64,000 nucleotides of DNA, taken from positions 2,752,001-2,816,000 of the forward strand of contig OZ244937.1 in NCBI GenBank assembly GCA_965222075.1. Direction: 5' to 3'. The notes beneath the pieces were generated by a model. The model had not been told where the DNA came from, did no database searches, and was given only the letters and a program-made list of their open reading frames with translations. Positions within the stretch are counted from its first letter, which is position 1, and every line of letters starts with the position of its first letter. The stretch comes from Candidatus Latescibacterota bacterium. Lineage in GTDB: Bacteria > Latescibacterota > UBA2968 > GCA-2709665. Below are positions 57,302 through 64,000 of the stretch, piece after piece. Made by a program: the position numbers and the translations under genes.

Positions 57302-58792
57302 TTGTCTACCCTGATGGAATTATTATCCCCCGACCATGCGAAGAAAAAAGCGGTTGTAATTCCCAACGGCGGTCCAGCGCTGACGTATGCGGAGTTGGGA
57401 GAGCAGATTGCCCTGCTTGTGAACAGGCTGAAGCGGGGGGGTATTGGAACCGGCAACCCAGTGTCTATCGTCCTGCCCAACGGGTTGGAGTTTCTGACGA
57501 CCTTTCTGGCGGTAACGTGGGCCCGCGCGGTTGCCGCTCCGCTGAACCCGGCGTACACGGTCGAAGAGTTTCAGTTCTACATGGAAGACACCCGGACACA
57601 GGCGGTCATCCTTCCCCCCGGCGAACACCCTGCGCGGGATGCAGCGGCCGCGTTGAACCTGCCGGTCTGGGCAGTCCGCCTCGACGGGAATGGAAACGTG
57701 CAACTGGAGCCTCCCTCTGCGGCGTCCCAATCAGTGAGCGACGACGCGCCCCAGCCGGACGATGTCGCCCTCTTCCTGCACACCAGCGGGACAACGAGCC
57801 GCCCGAAAGGCGTGCCGCTTACGCACGGCAACCTGATCACCTCCCTTCGCAATATCGTCAGCACCTACAAGCTCACGCCTGAAGACACCGGCCTGATTGT
57901 CATGCCCCTCTTCCACGTACACGGCCTGATGGGCGCCACGCTCTCCACGCTGAATTCCGGTGGCACGGTGGTTGTTCCGCCCCGTTTTTCGGCGAGCAGT
58001 TTTTGGCCGCACGTCCTGGAGCACGGCGTCAACTGGTATTCGGCGGTACCCACGATCCACCAGATTCTGCTCGCACGCGACGCCGACCAGGCCCCGGGCG
58101 GCACGTTCCGCATCATCCGTTCCTGCAGTGCCGCGCTTGCGCCTGCCGTGCTGTCACAGCTGGAAAACCGGTTCGACGCCCCCGTTCTGGAAGCCTACGC
58201 CATGACCGAAGCCTCGCACCAGATGTCTTCCAATCCGCTGCCGCCGGGGATCCACAAACCGGGCACGGTGGGCATGGGCACAGGCGTGGAAATCACCATC
58301 TTAGACGAGCAGGGCAGCGAACTCCCCAACGGAAAACAGGGCGAGGTCTCCATTCGAGGCGGCAACGTCACCAGAGGCTACCACAACAACCCCGGTGCGA
58401 ACGCCGAGGCCTTCACCAACGGCTGGTTCCGAACCGGAGATCAGGGGTTCTTCGACAGCGACAACTACCTGACGCTAACCGGGCGTCTCAAGGAACTCAT
58501 CAATCGAGGCGGCGAGAAGATTTCACCCCTTGAAGTGGATGCGGTCCTGCTGGAACATCCCGCTGTGGCCGAGGCGGTCTGCTTTGGTATGCCCGACGAA
58601 AAATACGGCGAGGAAGTCCACGCCGCCGTCGTGCTCAAACATGAGGCCACCAAGGGTGATATCATCGCCTTCTGCCGTGACCGTCTGGCGGACTTCAAAA
58701 CGCCCAAGATGCTCCACATTACCGATGCGGTCCCCAAAACGGCCACGGGCAAGATCCAACGGCGGCACGTGGCGACGCATTTCAGTGCGTAA
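57302..58792 (+). CDS. Oxalate-CoA ligase-like AMP-forming acyl-CoA synthetase (AAE3/Pcs60 type)
   Basis: ALFLHTSGTTSRPKGVPLT, PLFHVHGL, IRSCSAALAP, LEAYAMTEASHQMSSNPLP, KELINRGGEKISP, PKTATGKIQRR. Confidence 0.8.
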   Translation: MSTLMELLSPDHAKKKAVVIPNGGPALTYAELGEQIALLVNRLKRGGIGTGNPVSIVLPNGLEFLTTFLAVTWARAVAAPLNPAYTVEEFQFYMEDTRTQAVILPPGEHPARDAAAALNLPVWAVRLDGNGNVQLEPPSAASQSVSDDAPQPDDVALFLHTSGTTSRPKGVPLTHGNLITSLRNIVSTYKLTPEDTGLIVMPLFHVHGLMGATLSTLNSGGTVVVPPRFSASSFWPHVLEHGVNWYSAVPTIHQILLARDADQAPGGTFRIIRSCSAALAPAVLSQLENRFDAPVLEAYAMTEASHQMSSNPLPPGIHKPGTVGMGTGVEITILDEQGSELPNGKQGEVSIRGGNVTRGYHNNPGANAEAFTNGWFRTGDQGFFDSDNYLTLTGRLKELINRGGEKISPLEVDAVLLEHPAVAEAVCFGMPDEKYGEEVHAAVVLKHEATKGDIIAFCRDRLADFKTPKMLHITDAVPKTATGKIQRRHVATHFSA

Positions 58793-58807
58793 CCAGGAGC
58801 GGTTCCA

Positions 58808-60454
58808 ATGGCAAAAATCAGCGGCGGGCATCTGACCGCACGCGCCCTTAAACAGGAAGGCGTCGGCGCGATATTCACACTCTGCGGCGGGCACATCATC
58901 GACATCTACGAGGGGTGCATGGACGAGGGCATCCAGATCGTTGACATCCGACACGAGCAAACCGCCGCCCACGCCGCAGACGGCTGGACCCGGATGACGG
59001 GTGTGCCGGGCGTGGCTGTCGTCACGGCAGGGCCGGGCACGACGGACACGGTAACGGGCATCGCCAATGCCTTCCGCGCCCAGTCGCCCATGCTCCTCAT
59101 CGGCGGGCAGGCCGCACGCAAACAGTATCACATGGGAGGGCTGCAAGAACTCGACCACGTATCGCTGATGAAACCGATCACCAAGTTCGCAACGGCCGTT
59201 CTGGACACCGAGCGCATCCCCGAACTGATCGGCATGGCCTTCCGCGAAGCCTACAACGGCCGGCCCGGTCCGTCCTTTCTGGAAATTCCACGCGACATCC
59301 TGGACGCAGAAGTGGACGAGGAGGCCGTAACGTTTCCAACGCACTACCGCTCACCCGGGCGCGTACACGGCGACCCCAAACTCGTCCAGCAGGCCGCAGA
59401 CTGGTTGAGCGGCGCAGAGCGTCCCGCTCTGTTGGCCGGAAGCCAGATCTGGCACTGCCGTGCGGCGGGGCAATTGCTCGAATTCTCCGAACACGCAGAG
59501 GTCCCGATCTACCTGAACGGCGCCGCCCGCGGCTGTCTCCCGGTCGACTGCCCCACCTTCATGAACTACTCGCGGCGGCACGCCTTATCTCAGGCCGACG
59601 TGGTGCTCGTCATTGGCACGCCATTCGACTTTCGCCTCGGCTACGGGAATCGAATCGCCCCTGATGCTGTGGTCATTCAGGTCGACCTGGACTACGGAGA
59701 ACTGGGGCACAACCGCGACGTGGACATCGGCATCGTCGCCGACGCGGGCGCCCTGCTGGAACAGCTTACCGCCGCCATCACGCCGGAAGGAAAAAGCAAG
59801 GCGTGGCTCAAACAACTGCGCCGACTCGAAGAAAAGGGATACGAGGAGGCCAAACCGTTCCTGTATTCCGATGCAGTGCCCATCCACCCCCTGCGCGTCG
59901 CCCGTGAGATCAACGAGTTTCTAACCGACGACACCATCTTTATCGGCGACGGCGGCGATGTGGTCACCATGTCCGCCAGGGCGATTCAACCCCGCCGGCC
60001 GGGGCACTGGATGGACCCCGGGCCGCTTGGCACCCTCGGTGTGGGCACCCCCTTTGCCATTGCCGCGAAGGTGGCCCGTCCCGAAAAAGAGGTGGTCGTC
60101 CTCTTCGGCGACGGCGCCTTCGGCTGCACCGGGTTCGACTACGACACGCTCATCCGGTTCAACCTGCCCGTCATCGGGGTGGTGGGCAACAACGCCGCCT
60201 GGAATCAGATCCGGTTCGGACAGATTCAGAAATACGGCCCCGAACGGGGCAACGTTGCCAACCTGCTTGCCCCCACCCGCTACGACCGGATTGTGAGTGC
60301 GATGGGGGGACACGGAGAGCACGTCACAAAGCCTCAGCTGATCCGGCCAGCGCTGGAACGCGCCCGTGAATCCGGAAAGCCCGCCTGCATCAACGTCATG
60401 ATCGACCCGGACGTCTTCAGCAGCGGCACCCGGAATCAAACGATGTATAAGTGA
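58808..60454 (+). CDS. TPP-dependent acyl-CoA lyase/decarboxylase (Oxc/HACL-like)
   Basis: FTLCGGHI, IRHEQTAAHAADG, DPGPLGTLGVG, GDGAFG...NN TPP motif. Confidence 0.78.
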   Translation: MAKISGGHLTARALKQEGVGAIFTLCGGHIIDIYEGCMDEGIQIVDIRHEQTAAHAADGWTRMTGVPGVAVVTAGPGTTDTVTGIANAFRAQSPMLLIGGQAARKQYHMGGLQELDHVSLMKPITKFATAVLDTERIPELIGMAFREAYNGRPGPSFLEIPRDILDAEVDEEAVTFPTHYRSPGRVHGDPKLVQQAADWLSGAERPALLAGSQIWHCRAAGQLLEFSEHAEVPIYLNGAARGCLPVDCPTFMNYSRRHALSQADVVLVIGTPFDFRLGYGNRIAPDAVVIQVDLDYGELGHNRDVDIGIVADAGALLEQLTAAITPEGKSKAWLKQLRRLEEKGYEEAKPFLYSDAVPIHPLRVAREINEFLTDDTIFIGDGGDVVTMSARAIQPRRPGHWMDPGPLGTLGVGTPFAIAAKVARPEKEVVVLFGDGAFGCTGFDYDTLIRFNLPVIGVVGNNAAWNQIRFGQIQKYGPERGNVANLLAPTRYDRIVSAMGGHGEHVTKPQLIRPALERARESGKPACINVMIDPDVFSSGTRNQTMYK

Positions 60455-60462
60455 GGATAGAA

Positions 60463-61473
60463 ATGGATTATACAAAACTGGCAGAGGTAGCCCTGGAAGG
60501 CCGCCTTTTAACGCCGGAAGAGATGCATGCGGTCCTCACCGCGCCCGAGCACGACCTCCTCCCTATGCTCCAGGCTGCCTTTCAGGTCCGGGAACATTAC
60601 TTTGGGCGCCGGGTGCACCTCCACGTCCTCATCAACGCCAAAAGCGGCCTCTGCCCCGAAGACTGCGCCTACTGCTCCCAGTCTGCCGTCTCCAGCGCCG
60701 CCATCGACAAATACCCCCTCCTGCCCAGAGAGCAGATCGTGGGTGGCGCCGTTGCGGCCAAAGCGGGCGGGGCCTTCCGCTACTGCATTGTCACCAGCGG
60801 ACGGGCCCCCACCGACCGGGAAGTGGAAACCGTTGCCGAGGTTGTCCGGGAAATCAAACGAACCGTTGACATCGACATCTGCTGCTGCCTGGGGCTCCTG
60901 AACAAAAAGAAGGCGAAAATCCTGAAAGCGGCCGGCGTGGGGCGGATCAACCACAACCTGAACACCAGCCAGCGCCACCATCCGGAAATCTGCAGCACGC
61001 ATACCTACGATAACCGCGTGGAAACCGTCCAGAACGTCCAGAAGGCGGGGCTCTCCACCTGCTGCGGCGGCATCGTCGGCATGGGCGAAAAAGCGCAGGA
61101 CGTCATCGACCTCGCCCTGGCCCTGCGGGAACTGGGCGTCGACTCCATCCCGGTCAACTTCCTCCACCCCATCCACGGCACGCCGCTGGAGGGCAGGGAC
61201 GACCTGCACCCTCAGTACTGCCTCAAGGTCCTCTGCCTCTTCCGCTTCCTCAATCCAGACAAGGAGATCCGCGTGGCCGGTGGGCGGGAACGCAGCCTCC
61301 GGTCTCTCCAGCCCCTCGCCCTCTACCCGGCCAACTCCATCTTTATGGAGGGCTACCTCACCACCGGTGGACAGGGCGTCTCCGAGGCCCACCGCATGAT
61401 CGAGGATCTGGGATTCGAAATCGAAGCATACGGTGAATCCGTAGGGTCACAGCATGCCGCTCCCCTACGGTAG
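60463..61473 (+). CDS. bioB: Biotin synthase
   Basis: KSGLCPEDCAYCSQS, NHNLNT, CCGGIVGMGE, SIPVNFL, IRVAGGRE, ANSIF..GYLTT. Confidence 0.95.
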   Translation: MDYTKLAEVALEGRLLTPEEMHAVLTAPEHDLLPMLQAAFQVREHYFGRRVHLHVLINAKSGLCPEDCAYCSQSAVSSAAIDKYPLLPREQIVGGAVAAKAGGAFRYCIVTSGRAPTDREVETVAEVVREIKRTVDIDICCCLGLLNKKKAKILKAAGVGRINHNLNTSQRHHPEICSTHTYDNRVETVQNVQKAGLSTCCGGIVGMGEKAQDVIDLALALRELGVDSIPVNFLHPIHGTPLEGRDDLHPQYCLKVLCLFRFLNPDKEIRVAGGRERSLRSLQPLALYPANSIFMEGYLTTGGQGVSEAHRMIEDLGFEIEAYGESVGSQHAAPLR

Positions 61474-61498
61474 GCCCTTATGTGTATGTAGATAACCC

Positions 61499-63385
61499 AT
61501 GTGGACCTACGACAAACTCTACCACGTCATTGTCGTCGGCGCCGGGCACGCGGGCGCCGAGGCGGCCCTGGCCAGTGCGCGGATGGGGTGTGAAACCCTT
61601 CTGCTTACCATGAACCTGGACACCGTCGCCCAGATGTCCTGTAATCCGGCCGTTGGAGGTATTGCCAAAGGCCACATGGTGCGCGAGATTGACGCCCTGG
61701 GTGGAGAGATGGCCCTCAACATCGATGCAGCCGGGCTCCAGTTCCGGATGCTCAACAGGCGCAAAGGCCCGGCCGTGCAGGCACCCCGGGCGCAGGCCGA
61801 CAAAAAGGCCTATCAGTTCCGGATGAAACAGGTGGTGGAAAAACAGCCCAGGTTGGACCTGAAACAGGGAATGCTTGAAGAACTGCTCGTAGACGGCGGC
61901 CGGGTGCAGGGCATCATCACCAAGTCCAAAACCGTCTTCCTCGGAAAAACCGTAGTGATGACCACGGGCACCTTTCTGAAAGGCCTCCTCCACATCGGCG
62001 ATTTTTCCTACAGCGCCGGACGGGCCGGAGAGCAGTCGGCCGAGCGGGCCTCCGAAGGGCTTTTGCGCCTCGGCTTTGAACTGGGCCGGCTCAAAACGGG
62101 CACCCCCCCCCGGGTGAACGCCCGCAGCATCGGCTACGGCGCCACCCAGATCCAGCCGGGCGACGAGCGCCCCCGGCCCTTCTCATACCGCACCGAAAAA
62201 ATCACGCAGAAGCAACTCCCTTGTCACCTGACACACACCACCCCGGTGACCCACGACATTATCCGGCAGAACCTGAGCCGGTCTGCCATGTACAGCGGCC
62301 GCATCCAGTCTGTGGGGCCCCGCTACTGCCCATCCGTAGAAGACAAAATCGTCAAATTCCCCGAAAAGGAGCAGCATCAGGTCTTCCTGGAACCGGAGGG
62401 CTACAACACCCTCGAAGTCTACCTCAACGGCCTGTCCATGAGCCTGCCCGAAGAGGTCCAGATTGAAGTGGTGCGCAGCATCCCGGGGCTGGAAAAGGCC
62501 CAGGTGATGCGCCCGGCCTACGCAGTAGAGTACGACTATGTGCCCCCCACGCAGATCCTGCCCACCCTGGAGACCAAGCCCATCCGGGGCCTCTTTTTCG
62601 CCGGCCAGATCAACGGAACCACCGGATACGAAGAGGCTGCTGCGCAGGGGGTTATGGCCGGTATCAACGCCGCTTTGCAGGTCAAAGGCGAGCACGCCCT
62701 CCTCCTCGATCGGTCCCAGGCTTACATCGGCGTGCTCATCGACGACCTGGTCACCAAGGGCACGGACGAGCCCTACCGGATGTTTACCTCCCTGGCCGAA
62801 TACCGCCTGCTTTTAAGGCAGGACAACGCCGACCTCCGGCTGACCGAACTGGGGCGCAGGGTCGGTCTCGTCCCGGACGGTCTCTACGCCCGCTTCAAGG
62901 CCCGCAAAGCGGCGGTTGAGGCGGAACGCCGCCGCCTGCAGCAGGTGAAAATCACCCCTTCGGAGCACGTTCAGGAACACCTCCGACAGGCGGACTCGTC
63001 GGCATTGAACAAACCCATGCCCTTAGCCGACCTCCTCCGGCGGCCGGAACTCGACTACCGGTTCGTGGAGGCGGTCTCCCCCCCGTCGCAGGACTTGCCG
63101 GAAGACGTGCGGGAATCGGTAGAAATCGAAATAAAATATGAAGGCTACATCCAGCGGCAGAAGGCCCAGGTCGCCCGCTTCCGGGATCTGGAAAAAAAAG
63201 CAATCCCCGAAGATATCGACTACACGACGCTGCGGGTCATCTCCCGGGAAGCCGCCGAAAAACTCCGCAGGGTGCGCCCCCGGTCTCTGGGGCAGGCATC
63301 GCGCATCCCGGGGGTCTCCCCTGCCGACATCTCGGCCCTGATGGTACTCTTGAAAGCGCGTCAGGGCGCCAGAGGCGCTGCATGA
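61499..63385 (+). CDS. mnmG: tRNA uridine-5-carboxymethylaminomethyl modification enzyme MnmG
   Basis: [57 protein letters not shown]. Confidence 0.97.
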   Translation: MWTYDKLYHVIVVGAGHAGAEAALASARMGCETLLLTMNLDTVAQMSCNPAVGGIAKGHMVREIDALGGEMALNIDAAGLQFRMLNRRKGPAVQAPRAQADKKAYQFRMKQVVEKQPRLDLKQGMLEELLVDGGRVQGIITKSKTVFLGKTVVMTTGTFLKGLLHIGDFSYSAGRAGEQSAERASEGLLRLGFELGRLKTGTPPRVNARSIGYGATQIQPGDERPRPFSYRTEKITQKQLPCHLTHTTPVTHDIIRQNLSRSAMYSGRIQSVGPRYCPSVEDKIVKFPEKEQHQVFLEPEGYNTLEVYLNGLSMSLPEEVQIEVVRSIPGLEKAQVMRPAYAVEYDYVPPTQILPTLETKPIRGLFFAGQINGTTGYEEAAAQGVMAGINAALQVKGEHALLLDRSQAYIGVLIDDLVTKGTDEPYRMFTSLAEYRLLLRQDNADLRLTELGRRVGLVPDGLYARFKARKAAVEAERRRLQQVKITPSEHVQEHLRQADSSALNKPMPLADLLRRPELDYRFVEAVSPPSQDLPEDVRESVEIEIKYEGYIQRQKAQVARFRDLEKKAIPEDIDYTTLRVISREAAEKLRRVRPRSLGQASRIPGVSPADISALMVLLKARQGARGAA

Positions 63386-64000
63386 AACTGAACGCGTCCC
63401 AGATCCGGGCGATCCTGTCCCTCCTCTCGGAAAGCGATAAAGAAATTGTGGCGCAGATCCGAAAAAAACTCTTTGAAATGGGAGAAGGCGCCGTCCGGGA
63501 AGTCCTGCAGGCATCCGGAGCCGGAACCCGGGCAAGGCGGGAAATGGAACGGGTGCTTTACCGACTTGGAGAGCCCCCCCTGGAGGAACAATTTCGAAAC
63601 CTCCCGGAAACGCCCGACGGGGACATCGACCTGGAAGCGGGGGCCTTTACCCTCGCCAAACTTGGATATCCCGATATCGAGATCGGCCACTACAGGGCTC
63701 GTCTGGACCGGATGGCCTCAGACCTGGCCCCCAACATCGCCTCCGACGACCATCCCCTTCGGGCCATCCACACGCTAAACGGCTACCTCTTTGGTGAACA
63801 GGGATTTCACGGACACCGTACGCTCAACCCCGACAACTCCTACCTGAACCGCGTAATCGAGCGGAAGCGGGGCTTGCCCATCGCCCTCTCAGCCATCTAT
63901 ATCCTGCTCGCACGGCGCCTCGAACTGCCCATCGTAGGCATTGACATGCAGGCCCACTTTATTGTGAAATACAAAGCATCCGAGGAAATGGAAATCCTGA
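63382..64000 (+). CDS. SirB1 / transglutaminase-like family protein (partial, runs off window end)
   Basis: ATGA overlap with mnmG; [35 protein letters not shown]; absent from the ORF track because it has no stop in the window. Confidence 0.8.
   Translation, partial: MKLNASQIRAILSLLSESDKEIVAQIRKKLFEMGEGAVREVLQASGAGTRARREMERVLYRLGEPPLEEQFRNLPETPDGDIDLEAGAFTLAKLGYPDIEIGHYRARLDRMASDLAPNIASDDHPLRAIHTLNGYLFGEQGFHGHRTLNPDNSYLNRVIERKRGLPIALSAIYILLARRLELPIVGIDMQAHFIVKYKASEEMEIL

Noticed and set aside
1-64000. tRNA (including selC), rRNA or prophage genes
   Set aside because: None recognised by eye. Sec machinery would have to be encoded outside this window.

Overview
Bacterial chromosomal window, GC-rich in its core genes and with a diderm envelope. 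The gene set and the plant-type LRR protein suggest a Latescibacterota/FCB-like, possibly host-associated organism (inference only). Roughly 1-21.5 kb is a mosaic accessory region. It holds a 17-repeat LRR protein, an orphan MacB-type permease, a probable outer-membrane beta-barrel selenoprotein with two in-frame UGA codons in a UxxU motif (split in the ORF track), a GC-rich phoX insert bounded by a perfect 28-bp direct repeat, and a YHS-TlpA thioredoxin. A defence island follows, with an IS3 remnant, a chimeric McrB plus McrC, a PLD-nuclease two-gene module and a helicase-less Type ISP-like R-M enzyme. Roughly 21.5-64 kb is mostly metabolic and housekeeping genes: DASS permease, IorA-like, tandem lepB, Btu-like ABC, rel, mutS, mtaB, rpsA, plsC, cmk, rluB, scpAB, gcvH, accCB, efp, a probable oxalate-catabolic operon, bioB and mnmG. 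The best candidate for an undescribed system is the UxxU selenocysteine barrel plus the YHS-TlpA oxidoreductase, which become a tight two-gene operon when the phoX insert is removed. No rRNA, tRNA or CRISPR array was seen.
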